64,000 nucleotides of DNA from an uncultured Candidatus Saccharibacteria bacterium (GTDB lineage Bacteria; Patescibacteriota; Dojkabacteria; SC72; JAFGCJ01). The position numbers were made by a program, and so were the translations under genes. The notes under the pieces were generated by a model. That model did no database searches. It was not told where the DNA came from and saw only the letters and a list, made by a program, of their open reading frames with translations. This document shows positions 28,676-38,035 of the stretch, piece after piece (positions within the stretch are counted from its first letter, which is position 1; each line of letters begins with the position of its first letter). The stretch covers positions 7,766 through 71,765 of the forward strand of contig CAYZTC010000001.1 of assembly GCA_964481345.1 (NCBI GenBank), in the 5' to 3' direction.

Positions 28676-29342
28676 TTACCAACCTTTCCATCAATTCTTC
28701 ATGAACTTCTTCTACCAATGGCTCACCATCAACTCTAAGGAGTAACCCCCTATTTTCAAATTCTTTAAGAACGTCACCGATAACATCCCGCTCTTCTCTT
28801 ATTCTTGCCCTTATTAATTCTGGTTTATCATCCTCCCTCTGAATAAGTTTTTCACCATCAATGTCACAAAACCCTTCTTTTTTACTTTTCTTAAAATCAG
28901 GATGGTATGTAGTCCCACATTTAGGGCAGAATCTTCTCTTTGAGAGCCTGTTTATTATTGATTCATCAGACAGCTCTAGACAGATTACTTTGTCCAAAGT
29001 CCTTCCAAAAAATTCCAATGTTTCATCAAACATTGGAATTTGGTTAATAGTCCTCACAACACCAGTGAACACCCAACGTTTTTTACTACCAAAATCTTTT
29101 AAGCCTGATCTTAATATTTTATTGATTATATCATCAGGTATCAGCAAGCCCTTTGGGACATACTGATTTGCAATTTTTCCCAGCTCAGTTCCTTTTTTTA
29201 TTTCTGCTCTTGCAAGTAACCCTGTTGAAATTTTTGCACCATCACAAAGATTACATAAAATATCCGCCTGAGTGTCCTTGCCAGAACCAGCAAGACCTAA
29301 AAACAATAGAGTCTTAGGGATTTTTTTACAGATAACTTTCAT
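28665..29342 (-). CDS. adk: Adenylate kinase (zinc-lid type)
   Basis: P-loop GLAGSGKDTQA and a lid with CPKCG…CDIDG. Confidence 0.85.
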   Translation of the reverse strand: MKVICKKIPKTLLFLGLAGSGKDTQADILCNLCDGAKISTGLLARAEIKKGTELGKIANQYVPKGLLIPDDIINKILRSGLKDFGSKKRWVFTGVVRTINQIPMFDETLEFFGRTLDKVICLELSDESIINRLSKRRFCPKCGTTYHPDFKKSKKEGFCDIDGEKLIQREDDKPELIRARIREERDVIGDVLKEFENRGLLLRVDGEPLVEEVHEELMERLVNEG

Positions 29343-30603
29343 AACTTCTAGTTACTATTAGTGACTCAATTTGCCTTTTAATGTCCAACACTACCCCCAC
29401 AACAATTAAAAGTCCAGTTCCACTTACTATTGCACTTGAAATATATCCCATGTTTTGAGCAATACCAGGCAGTATTGCAATTACTGCAAGAAATATTGAC
29501 CCAAGAATACTTAATCTAAGGGCAGATCTAGACAGATACTGCTCAGTCTGTTTTCCAGGACGAATGCCAGGAATAAATGCACCCTGTTTTTGAAGATTTT
29601 CTGCAACGTTTGAAGGATTAAATACAACAAAAGTATAAAATATCGAAAAAAAGACTATTACAACCGCCAAAAGTATGTTGTATACCGTCTGATCATTTAA
29701 CTGAGTAACAATCCAATCAGAAACATTTTTTACAACTTCAGGAATCATATCCCCAGTCAAAAACCTCGCAATCAACTGCGGAAAAGATAACATAGACAAG
29801 GCAAAAATTACGGGCATTACACCGGCCTGATTTAGCTTCAGTGGTATATGACTTTCAGCTCCAGCACCAGTCATCCTTACCCTTCTTGCATACTGAATCT
29901 TTACTCTCCTTTCAGCCACATTAATAATAACTACTGTTAAAACAATAAGAAGAGACAATATCCAAATTATCCACGATCCATTCCTACTAAGATCAGTAGA
30001 ATTTGCCTGAAGACTTCCAGGAATTCCTGCCAAAATACCCGCCATTATTAAAAAAGACGATCCGTTTCCTAATCCCATGTCAGATATCAATTCCCCCATC
30101 CACATCATAATCACTGACCCAGCTGTCAAGGTAGCAATCATATTTACCAAATTAATACCTGAAAGCTCCTCCATAATTCCATACTGCTTCAACACTGAAT
30201 AAATCACAAAAGATTGCAAAATAGCAAGAGGCACTGACAATAATCTTGTATACATATTTATTACTCTTCTTCCCTGCTCTCCCTCTTTTTGTAATTCCTC
30301 GATCTTAGGAATTACAGAACCCAATAATTGGAAAATAATAGATGCGTTAATATACGGACCAAGACCAATAGCCACTATTGTGGCTTTTTCAAGCACACCT
30401 CCAGATACAAGAGACAATACATCTCCAAACCCACTATCACCAAAAAACTGTTTTAAAGCATCCTCTGGCAATCCTGGAACTGGTACGGCCGCCATAAACC
30501 TAAATACTATGAGAATAAAAATTGAAAAAAGGAGCTTATCTCTAATCTCCTTATTTTTTATTATCTGACCTAAAGTATTTCTGATATCAGCCAGACTTGC
30601 CAT
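29326..30603 (-). CDS. secY: Preprotein translocase subunit SecY
   Basis: 425 aa with 10 TM helices and SecY signature regions (…GLGNGSSFLIMAGIL…). Confidence 0.85.
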   Translation of the reverse strand: MASLADIRNTLGQIIKNKEIRDKLLFSIFILIVFRFMAAVPVPGLPEDALKQFFGDSGFGDVLSLVSGGVLEKATIVAIGLGPYINASIIFQLLGSVIPKIEELQKEGEQGRRVINMYTRLLSVPLAILQSFVIYSVLKQYGIMEELSGINLVNMIATLTAGSVIMMWMGELISDMGLGNGSSFLIMAGILAGIPGSLQANSTDLSRNGSWIIWILSLLIVLTVVIINVAERRVKIQYARRVRMTGAGAESHIPLKLNQAGVMPVIFALSMLSFPQLIARFLTGDMIPEVVKNVSDWIVTQLNDQTVYNILLAVVIVFFSIFYTFVVFNPSNVAENLQKQGAFIPGIRPGKQTEQYLSRSALRLSILGSIFLAVIAILPGIAQNMGYISSAIVSGTGLLIVVGVVLDIKRQIESLIVTRSYESYL

Positions 30604-30607
30604 GTGA

Positions 30608-31045
30608 TTACTTCTTATTTAATTTCTTTACTATCTCACTTGCCGACTTTGACATTTTCACATCCTTGAACTTTAGCTTTTTAGTAAGTTTTCCTTTACC
30701 AAGGACTTTCACATTTTTTGTCTTTTTTCTTATCATTCCCTTTTCCATCAAATTCTTCTTAGAGACTTCTTCTCCCGACTTAAAGTTCTTCTCAAGATCA
30801 GCAAAGTTGATAACTTGGTACTCCACTCTATCAGGATTTCTGAAACCCCTAAACTTGGGAAGTCTTCTATATAAAGGCACATTTCCACCCTCAAAGCCAA
30901 CTTTTGTTTTCCCTCCTGATCTCGATCTTTGTCCCTTTTGTCCCCTTCCTACTGTATGGCCACCCTTCCCAGATCCATATCCTCTTCCTACCCTTTTGGA
31001 TTTATTTCTTTGTTTTTTTCTTTTTGGTAATGCGTTTAGCTCCAT
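30608..31045 (-). CDS. rplO: 50S ribosomal protein L15
   Basis: …KRVGRGYGSGKGGHTVGRGQKGQRSRSGG…. Confidence 0.85.
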   Translation of the reverse strand: MELNALPKRKKQRNKSKRVGRGYGSGKGGHTVGRGQKGQRSRSGGKTKVGFEGGNVPLYRRLPKFRGFRNPDRVEYQVINFADLEKNFKSGEEVSKKNLMEKGMIRKKTKNVKVLGKGKLTKKLKFKDVKMSKSASEIVKKLNKK

Positions 31046-31619
31046 CTTTCTTTGAATTATTTAATTTCTTTTTACTAGTTTTCTTAAGCTTTTCAGTTCT
31101 TTTTTCCAATACCCTACTTTTTCGTAGAGATAGCAGTGCCTCATATGTACAGTATGCATTAGTAACTTCACTTGATGAACCAAGCTTTTTCGACAGCACA
31201 TTCCTCACCCCTGAAAGTTCAAGTACTGCTCGAACTGGCGCACTGGCAATAATACCTGTTCCAGGACCAGTTGGTTTAAGTATAAGTTTTGCTGCCCTGA
31301 ATTTTTTGTATACTGCGTGCGGAATAGTATCCCCGACAAGTTCAACATTTACTGAATGAGATTTAGCATATTTAAACCCCTTATCAATAGCACTTTTAGT
31401 GTCTTGACCTCTTCCAAGTCCGACTCCAACCCTCCCCTTCCTATTTCCTGCAACTACTAACGCACTGAACCTCAACCTTTTCGATCCTGACCTTACCTTT
31501 GCAACCCTTCTCACAGATACTACCTTCCTATCATATTCCTCCCTTTGTTTTTCGCCTCTATATATTCTCTCTCTCACAACAATCGATTTAAAACTTAATT
31601 CCTGATTTTCTGATACCAT
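31002..31619 (-). CDS. rpsE: 30S ribosomal protein S5 (K-rich C-terminal tail overlapping rplO start; no L30 gene between)
   Basis: …VSVRRVAKVRSGSKRLRFSALVVAGNRKGRVGVGLGRGQD…. Confidence 0.85.
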   Translation of the reverse strand: MVSENQELSFKSIVVRERIYRGEKQREEYDRKVVSVRRVAKVRSGSKRLRFSALVVAGNRKGRVGVGLGRGQDTKSAIDKGFKYAKSHSVNVELVGDTIPHAVYKKFRAAKLILKPTGPGTGIIASAPVRAVLELSGVRNVLSKKLGSSSEVTNAYCTYEALLSLRKSRVLEKRTEKLKKTSKKKLNNSKKDGAKRITKKKKTKK

Positions 31620-31941
31620 CTGCTACTGCTTTTACACTTCCATGATACTTGTAGCCAGATCTATCAAAAACAACATTTTCTGTTTTCTTTTTCTTTAGCA
31701 AATCCCCAAATTTCTCTCCTAGCCTCATTGCTGTTTGCACAGGTTTTTCATCTTTCACTGATTTCAATTTCATACTCGAAAGAGCACAAAGTGCCTTTCC
31801 ATCTTCATCATCCACTGCTTGTACATACATATGCTTATTACTCTTAAATACATTTACTCTTAGCACCTCTTTTGTTCCGCTTACTCTCTTTCGAATATGT
31901 AATTTTCTTTTTTGTCTCATCTGTTTTCGTGTCTTATGCAT
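31588..31941 (-). CDS. rplR: 50S ribosomal protein L18
   Basis: …RKRVSGTKEVLRVNVFKSNKHMYVQAVDDEDGKALCALSS…. Confidence 0.85.
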   Translation of the reverse strand: MHKTRKQMRQKRKLHIRKRVSGTKEVLRVNVFKSNKHMYVQAVDDEDGKALCALSSMKLKSVKDEKPVQTAMRLGEKFGDLLKKKKTENVVFDRSGYKYHGSVKAVADGIRKSGIKF

Positions 31942-32503
31942 TTTCTTCCTCCTTTACAGATTTACTTGTTTTCCTTCTTATTACTTCATCGACATACTTA
32001 ATTCCTTTTCCTTTATAGGGCTCAGGTTTCTTTATCTTTCTTATATTTGCAGCCCAAAGACCAACCTTTTGTTTGTCGGCACCACTTACATCTACGTAAA
32101 CCTGGTCTCTAACTTCAAAATTAACACCCTCTGGAGAAGTAATCTTTACAGGGTGGTTCCAGCCAAGATACATAACTAACTCCCTTCCCCTTACTTCTGC
32201 CCTATAACCCATTCCTACGAGCTCAAGCTCTTTTTTAAAACCTTTCTTAACCCCTTCCACCATATTTGCAATTATTGATCTTGTGGTACCATGGTTGGAT
32301 TTTGCCTGTTTGGTATCTTTTTCCCTCTCCACAACGACCTCATTATCCTCCACTGTAATCTTAATTCCTTTTGGAAAGATCTTTTTCAATTCCCCTTCCG
32401 GACCCTTTACTTTTACAGTATGACCTTCCGTTTCCACTGATATCCCTTCTTCAATTTTGATTGGTTTAATACCTATTCTTGACATTTTTACCAAATTTGA
32501 CAA
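31934..32503 (-). CDS. rplF: 50S ribosomal protein L6
   Basis: MSRIGIKPIKIEEGISVE…GHTVKVKGPEGEL…. Confidence 0.85.
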   Translation of the reverse strand: MSNLVKMSRIGIKPIKIEEGISVETEGHTVKVKGPEGELKKIFPKGIKITVEDNEVVVEREKDTKQAKSNHGTTRSIIANMVEGVKKGFKKELELVGMGYRAEVRGRELVMYLGWNHPVKITSPEGVNFEVRDQVYVDVSGADKQKVGLWAANIRKIKKPEPYKGKGIKYVDEVIRRKTSKSVKEEENA

Positions 32504-32862
32504 ATATATTCTCCTCCAAGACCTTTTGCTTTTGCATCCTCAGAAGTCACAATCCCACCAGACGTACTTATAATTCCAATACCTCTACCATTTAATACAG
32601 GTTTTATCTCACCACTTCTTATATATCTTCTTTGCCCAGGTTTTGAAATCCTCTTTAAATGAGTCATCTTCGGCTCCCTTCCCATATAACTCAAGCTTAC
32701 TGATATTTTTCCATCCTTTTCTGAGTAGTCACTAATAAATGATTCCTTTTTCAATATTGCAACTATCTCTCTAACAAGATTGCTACTTTTAAGCTCGACT
32801 TGTTTCTTCCCTACCATGCATGCATTTTTTATTTTTGATAAAGCATTAGATACTGAATCCAT
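32488..32862 (-). CDS. rpsH: 30S ribosomal protein S8
   Basis: …DSVSNALSKIKNACMVGKKQVEL…IISTSGGIVTSEDAKAKGLGGEYICQIW. Confidence 0.85.
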   Translation of the reverse strand: MDSVSNALSKIKNACMVGKKQVELKSSNLVREIVAILKKESFISDYSEKDGKISVSLSYMGREPKMTHLKRISKPGQRRYIRSGEIKPVLNGRGIGIISTSGGIVTSEDAKAKGLGGEYICQIW

Positions 32863-32866
32863 ATTT

Positions 32867-33061
32867 TTACCAACTTGATTTAACTATTCCGGGAATCTCA
32901 CCCTTATGGGCAAGCTGTCTAAAACATATTCTGCACAGGCCAAATTTTCTCATATAACCCCTAGCACGTCCACATCTCATACATCTAGAGTACTTTCTTG
33001 TTCTATACTTTGAATATTTCTTAAGTTTCTTATACTGTTCTACTTTAGATTTTTTTGCCAT
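32867..33061 (-). CDS. rpsN: 30S ribosomal protein S14 (Z-type, zinc-binding)
   Basis: [64 protein letters not shown]; start moved to the internal ATG. Confidence 0.8.
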   Translation of the reverse strand: MAKKSKVEQYKKLKKYSKYRTRKYSRCMRCGRARGYMRKFGLCRICFRQLAHKGEIPGIVKSSW

Positions 33062-33608
33062 CCTTTTGTAATGGAAAACCAAATTTATCTAATAAAGCTT
33101 TTGCATATTTATCATCTTCAGTTGAGGTAACAATCGTTACTTCTAAACCCCTAAGTTTCTCTACTTCACTTGGGTCTATTTCTGGAAAAGCAGTTTGCTC
33201 CTTTATTCCAATTGTGTAATTTCCACTCCCATCAAAAGAATTCAAAGGAAGTCCTCTAAAGTCCTTTGTCCTAGGTAGTGTAATATTTATTAATCTGTCA
33301 ATAAAATGCCACATTCTATTTCCCCTCAATGTAACTACAAGTCCTATTTCCTCTCCCTTTCTTATCTTAAAGCCTGATACTGCCTTTCTTGCAAGAGTCA
33401 CAACAGGCTTTTGGCCAGTAATTAATTCAATCTGTCTAGACATATCCTCAATTGCATCTTTATTTTCAACAGCCTCCCCCAAACCAACGTTTACTACTAT
33501 TTTCTCAAACCGAGGAACTTCCATAACATTATCCAATTTAAGCTCTTTTTTAAGCTCATCTCTGTACTTTTCTATGTATTCTTTTTTCAGTCTTGGTATC
33601 TCTTTCAT
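33045..33608 (-). CDS. rplE: 50S ribosomal protein L5
   Basis: …[19 protein letters not shown]… and L5 C-terminal domain. Confidence 0.85.
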   Translation of the reverse strand: MKEIPRLKKEYIEKYRDELKKELKLDNVMEVPRFEKIVVNVGLGEAVENKDAIEDMSRQIELITGQKPVVTLARKAVSGFKIRKGEEIGLVVTLRGNRMWHFIDRLINITLPRTKDFRGLPLNSFDGSGNYTIGIKEQTAFPEIDPSEVEKLRGLEVTIVTSTEDDKYAKALLDKFGFPLQKDGKKI

Positions 33609-33609
33609 T

Positions 33610-33634
33610 CTTGTCCTGGAGCGAAGTGATAGGA
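33610..33634. repeat. 25-nt element CTTGTCCTGGAGCGAAGTGATAGGA at the rplE start (copy 1)
   Basis: 24/25 identical to 51720..51744. On the minus strand it places CCAGGACAAG immediately 5' of the rplE ATG and can pair with the 3' end of rplX. Confidence 0.6.
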
Positions 33635-33651
33635 TCTATACATAGGGTCTA

Positions 33652-34080
33652 TCACTTAGACCCGCTATTCTTCGCTTTAGAATTTATTTTCTTCCTTGTA
33701 CTTCCCTTGGTCCTCTTTGTCTTCTTTTCCCTTGATTTAACAGTCTTTTTAGAACTTTCCTGCTTCGCCTCAGCATCTAAAGGTTTCATACATTTTTTAC
33801 ATATCCTTATCTTTTTTCCTTTTTCAATAACAAAACCTATCCTTGATGGCTTACCACACGAATTGCACACAACCATAACATTAGATATTGAAACTGGTTT
33901 TACAACATCCACTATTGCAGATTCTTTATCCTTGTTATCTCCCTTTATATGTCTTTTATAAATATTTATTCCCTCCACAATGACCTTACCTTCTACAGGA
34001 AGAACCTTAAGCACCTTACCCTGCTTTCCAACATCTTTTCCTTTCCTTATTTTTACTGTATCCCCTCTTTGGATTCTCAT
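33652..34080 (-). CDS. rplX: 50S ribosomal protein L24 with C4 zinc ribbon and K-rich C-terminal tail
   Basis: KOW N-terminus (MRIQRGDTVKIRKGKDVGKQGKVLKV) and …VVCNSCGKPSRIGFVIEKGKKIRICKKCMKP (C-x2-C-x17-C-x2-C). Confidence 0.8.
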   Translation of the reverse strand: MRIQRGDTVKIRKGKDVGKQGKVLKVLPVEGKVIVEGINIYKRHIKGDNKDKESAIVDVVKPVSISNVMVVCNSCGKPSRIGFVIEKGKKIRICKKCMKPLDAEAKQESSKKTVKSREKKTKRTKGSTRKKINSKAKNSGSK

Positions 34081-34451
34081 AATACCTCCGGTGCTAAAGA
34101 TACAATCTTATCAAAACCCTTCTCTTTCAACTCTCTCGCTATCGGACCAAATATCCTTGTCCCCTTCGGAAGTTTACTTTCAGTCCCCTGTAAAATAACA
34201 ACAGAATTATCATCAAATCTAATATATGATCCGTCTTTTCTCCTACACTCTTTCTTTGTCCTTACTACTACAGCTATTTCTTTACCATGCTCTTTTACAA
34301 GTCCATAAGGGTTTGCCTTCATAATACTTACCCTTAAAATATCCCCAACCCTCGCAACTCTTTCCCTTGAGCTCCCTGGCACACCAATGACTCTTGCAAG
34401 CATTCCACCAGTATTGTCAGTTACTTTTACTCTTGTTCCAATTCTTACCAT
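34077..34451 (-). CDS. rplN: 50S ribosomal protein L14
   Basis: MVRIGTRVKVTDNTGGMLARVIGV…. Confidence 0.85.
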   Translation of the reverse strand: MVRIGTRVKVTDNTGGMLARVIGVPGSSRERVARVGDILRVSIMKANPYGLVKEHGKEIAVVVRTKKECRRKDGSYIRFDDNSVVILQGTESKLPKGTRIFGPIARELKEKGFDKIVSLAPEVL

Positions 34452-34544
34452 TTTGTTTCTAGACTATATTATTATCAATTTACTTGTCTAATCTGCTCAC
34501 TCTGAGCAAATCGAAGGACCCTTGTCTTGAGTGAAGTCGAAGGA

Positions 34545-34796
34545 TCATTTTTTTCTACCCTTCTTAGATATATTATCGATAACCCTCCATCTCTTTGTTT
34601 TAGAAATAGGTCTTACTAATTCAATGGTTACCTCATCACCAATATCCAACTTTTCCTCAGTATGAACATAGTACTTTTTCTTTCTTGTAAGTATCTTTTT
34701 ATACTTCGGATGAGCAGTCTTTCTTTCTACTTCAACCACAACCGTTTTATCCATCTTATTTTTTATTACTTTTCCCCTACGTCTTGCCTTTGCCAT
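34545..34796 (-). CDS. rpsQ: 30S ribosomal protein S17
   Basis: …GKVIKNKMDKTVVVEVERKTAHPKYKKIL…. Confidence 0.85.
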   Translation of the reverse strand: MAKARRRGKVIKNKMDKTVVVEVERKTAHPKYKKILTRKKKYYVHTEEKLDIGDEVTIELVRPISKTKRWRVIDNISKKGRKK

Positions 34797-35007
34797 CTTT
34801 TGCTTTCTTAATTAACTTATCTTTTTGTTTTTCATTAATAATTGTCTCTAGTCGTGCAAGTTCTCTTCTTGTTTTCTTAGGCTTTCTCATATCTTTTAAC
34901 TTTCCAACTCTCATCTCAAGACACTCATCCGCATATCTTGTTCTCAAATCATCCCTCATCTTAAATAGTTCTTTTGTTATTTTTTTCCGAGTCAGTTTCG
35001 TATCCAT
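34777..35007 (-). CDS. rpmC: 50S ribosomal protein L29
   Basis: Position between rplP and rpsQ; coiled helical 76-aa protein (…ELFKMRDDLRTRYADE…). Confidence 0.7.
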   Translation of the reverse strand: MDTKLTRKKITKELFKMRDDLRTRYADECLEMRVGKLKDMRKPKKTRRELARLETIINEKQKDKLIKKAKDGKGKT

Positions 35008-35417
35008 TAGTCAATCCTCTTTAAAAATCTAGTTGCAACAGACAACTTATGACCAGCCAACCTAAATGCAGCCTTGGCAGTCTCTTCATCAACACCACCC
35101 AGCTCAAAAATTACCCTACCTGGTCTTACAACTGCCACATGTCTATCAATATCACCTTTTCCAGATCCCATTTTTACCTCAGCTGGTTTCTTCGTAACAG
35201 GCTTATCAGGAAACACCCTCACCCATATTTTCCCTTTCCTTTTAATACTTCCAGTAATAGCCCTTCTTGCAGCCTCAATCTGACTTGCCGAAACCCAACC
35301 ACACTCCTTTGACTGCAGACCATACTCTCCAAAATCCACAGTGCTAGCCCCAAAGGATATCCCTTTCATTTTTCCTCTAAATTGTTTTCTATATTTTGCG
35401 TTTTTGGGTTCTAACAT
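35007..35417 (-). CDS. rplP: 50S ribosomal protein L16
   Basis: MLEPKNAKYRKQFRGKMKG…. Confidence 0.85.
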   Translation of the reverse strand: MLEPKNAKYRKQFRGKMKGISFGASTVDFGEYGLQSKECGWVSASQIEAARRAITGSIKRKGKIWVRVFPDKPVTKKPAEVKMGSGKGDIDRHVAVVRPGRVIFELGGVDEETAKAAFRLAGHKLSVATRFLKRID

Positions 35418-35425
35418 TTTCTTCT

Positions 35426-36079
35426 TTATTTACTTGATTTTTCTGATTCCTCCAACTCATCACATTTATAAATCCAAACCTTTACACCAAGCAATCCTGC
35501 ATTTGCAGTTGAAGCCACCTCTTTTGCAAAATCGATATCTGCTCTTATAGTCTGTAAAGGTACTGGCCCTTCATGAGCTTTAATACTTCTTGCAATATCA
35601 TTTCCACGAATTCTTCCGGATATCACAATCTTTACACCTTTTGCACCCGCTTGAATCGCCTTTTCCTTCTCTGTTTCCATCAGTTTTTTAGGTGACATTC
35701 TTCTTTCAATACCATCGGCAATTGTTCTTGCAATTACCCTTGCTGATAATTCTGACTTCCTAACCTCATTTATTTTAATATCTATAGGAATTTTATACTT
35801 TTTTGTAAGTTCATTTTTAATCTCGTCTATTCCTTTCCCACCTCTTCCAATTGCAACACCAGGCCTTGCAACATATACATTTACAGTGACATTATTCATA
35901 GACCTATGGATCTCAACTCTTGCAAGTCCTGCCATACTTAATTTTTGGGTTAGATACTTCCTTATAGAAATATCCTGATGAAGCTGTTGTGTATATTTTT
36001 CACGCTCTGCATACCATAGAGAGCTCCATGTTTTCCCACTTCCAAGTCGCATAGCTATTGCACTCATTTTTTGTGCCAT
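35426..36079 (-). CDS. rpsC: 30S ribosomal protein S3
   Basis: KH domain and S3 C-terminal domain (…RIRGNDIARSI…GLLGVKVWIYK). Confidence 0.85.
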   Translation of the reverse strand: MAQKMSAIAMRLGSGKTWSSLWYAEREKYTQQLHQDISIRKYLTQKLSMAGLARVEIHRSMNNVTVNVYVARPGVAIGRGGKGIDEIKNELTKKYKIPIDIKINEVRKSELSARVIARTIADGIERRMSPKKLMETEKEKAIQAGAKGVKIVISGRIRGNDIARSIKAHEGPVPLQTIRADIDFAKEVASTANAGLLGVKVWIYKCDELEESEKSSK

Positions 36080-36080
36080 A

Positions 36081-36494
36081 TTACTTCTCCATTAGTTCAA
36101 TATTAATTATCGATCTTCTCTTCAAGATCTTGTTCACCCTTCCTCTTGAAGCAATTCTATATCGAGGTAATTTTACCCCATCGCCTACCTCAACTCTAGA
36201 AATAAATAAACCATCAGGATTTAAACCATATAGACTTTCTGCATTTGCAACAGCAGATTTCAAAAGTTTAATCAGCTGATCAGCAGCCTTTTTTCTAGTA
36301 AAAGTAAGTATCTCTAAAGCATCATTTACATTCTTTCCCCTAATCAAATTCACAACTAACCTCATTTTTTGAGGAGAAGAGCTCGCATCAGTCATCTTTG
36401 CACTCACTTTTCTTTTTTCAACAACAACTGGAGCTTTTTCATCCTGTTTTTTTTCTTCCGTATTCTTTTTTGCTTGTTCTTTCTTTTTAGCCAT
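36081..36494 (-). CDS. rplV: 50S ribosomal protein L22 (K-rich N-terminal extension; alternative start at MTDAS possible)
   Basis: …SPQKMRLVVNLIRGKNVNDALEILTF…. Confidence 0.8.
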   Translation of the reverse strand: MAKKKEQAKKNTEEKKQDEKAPVVVEKRKVSAKMTDASSSPQKMRLVVNLIRGKNVNDALEILTFTRKKAADQLIKLLKSAVANAESLYGLNPDGLFISRVEVGDGVKLPRYRIASRGRVNKILKRRSIINIELMEK

Positions 36495-36561
36495 CTAACA
36501 CCTATTTAAAATATTCTTCTACTCCCCTCGACGTAGCTCCGTCTTACGGAGCGAAGGCGGG

Positions 36562-36867
36562 TTATTCTTCATATCTTCCTGCACCACCATACACCTTAGA
36601 AATCTTTCCTTTCTTTGCATGACCCTTAAACTTCCTTGTGGGAGAAAATTCTCCAAGTCTATGACCAACCATAGATTCTGTAACTAATACTGATATATGC
36701 TCTTTCCCATTATGTACAGCAATTGTAAAACCAACCATCTCAGGAGAAATCATTGAGGCCCTTGCCCAGGTTTTAATTGGGGAAGCATCTCCTGTTTCTT
36801 TCGATTTATTAATCTTTTCTAACAACCTTTCATCTACATATGGTCCTTTTTTAAGCGATCTTGCCAT
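36562..36867 (-). CDS. rpsS: 30S ribosomal protein S19
   Basis: [19 protein letters not shown]…[36 protein letters not shown]…. Confidence 0.85.
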   Translation of the reverse strand: MARSLKKGPYVDERLLEKINKSKETGDASPIKTWARASMISPEMVGFTIAVHNGKEHISVLVTESMVGHRLGEFSPTRKFKGHAKKGKISKVYGGAGRYEE

Positions 36868-36883
36868 GACTTTTTATTAATAA

Positions 36884-37744
36884 TTAAATCTTAGAGAATG
36901 GTCTTCTCCTTGTCTTCCTTCTCTTAATAATATATTTTCCTGTTTTCTTGTTTTTTCTAGTTCTAGTACCAACTCTATGCCCCCAAATATCTTTTGGACC
37001 ACTTAATCCACTTCTTACCACTCCCTTACCTTCCCCACCACCGTGTGGATGCTGTCCCGGGTGCATTGCCATACCTCTTACCGTAGGTCTTATTCCCTTA
37101 CGCCTTTTCCTTCCGGCTTTACCTAGCTTTACATTCATATGCTCCTCATTTCCTACCTGTCCCACTGTTGCATAGCAGGTATTTAAAACCAATCTTATTT
37201 CCCCCGAAGGCATTTTTAGTTGCATGTACTTTCCTGTAGCATCCAGTCCTTGGACAACAATGGCAGTACCAGCAGATCTGCCAAGTTGACCACCCTTTCC
37301 AGGTGTAAGCTCAACATCATATACTGGCGTGCCTGTAGGAATATTTTTCATCATCAGTGTATTCCCAACCTCAGGTTCTACATCCTCTCCTGATATAACC
37401 TTATCCCCAACTTTTATTCTTCTTGGTGCAAGAACATACCTTCTTTCACCATCAGCATATTTTATAAGAGCAAGATTAGCAGAGATATTTGGATCATACT
37501 CTAATCTTTCAACAACTCCCTCCACACCATGTTTATCTTTTCTATGATCAACATTCCTAAGAAGTCTCTTCACCCCACCACCCCTATGCCTTACAGTAAT
37601 CCTTCCCTTTGTGTTTCTTCCACCAGAGCTTTTCTTACCAACAGTCAACGACTTAACTGGTTTTTCAGAATAAAGGTTACTCCTATCCTCAAGATGGGTA
37701 TGTCTTAATGTACTAGTTGTAGGTTTTCTTTTCTTTAACGCCAT
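36884..37744 (-). CDS. rplB: 50S ribosomal protein L2
   Basis: …MAMHPGQHPHGGGEGKG…. Confidence 0.85.
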   Translation of the reverse strand: MALKKRKPTTSTLRHTHLEDRSNLYSEKPVKSLTVGKKSSGGRNTKGRITVRHRGGGVKRLLRNVDHRKDKHGVEGVVERLEYDPNISANLALIKYADGERRYVLAPRRIKVGDKVISGEDVEPEVGNTLMMKNIPTGTPVYDVELTPGKGGQLGRSAGTAIVVQGLDATGKYMQLKMPSGEIRLVLNTCYATVGQVGNEEHMNVKLGKAGRKRRKGIRPTVRGMAMHPGQHPHGGGEGKGVVRSGLSGPKDIWGHRVGTRTRKNKKTGKYIIKRRKTRRRPFSKI

Positions 37745-37747
37745 TTT

Positions 37748-38035
37748 TTATGCCTTAAATATATCAATAGTATCGCCTGGCTTTAGTGTTACCATAGCGT
37801 GCTTATAGTCTTTCCTGTAACTTGTTGCCCTCCTTCTCCAATCAGTAATCTTTTTCCCCCTCCGGTTTAATATCCTTACTTTTTCAACTTTCACTTTAAA
37901 TCTTCTTTCAATCTCACTTTTTATACCCGATTTTGTAGATTCTCTTGCCACACGAAAAGTATATATTCCTCTTTCGCTACCTTCATAACTTTTTTCTGAA
38001 ATATTTGGTTGTATTATTAAGCTTTTTCTTTTCAT
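37748..38035 (-). CDS. rplW: 50S ribosomal protein L23
   Basis: Position and …IYTFRVARESTKSGIKSEIERRFKVKVEKVRIL…. Confidence 0.8.
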   Translation of the reverse strand: MKRKSLIIQPNISEKSYEGSERGIYTFRVARESTKSGIKSEIERRFKVKVEKVRILNRRGKKITDWRRRATSYRKDYKHAMVTLKPGDTIDIFKA

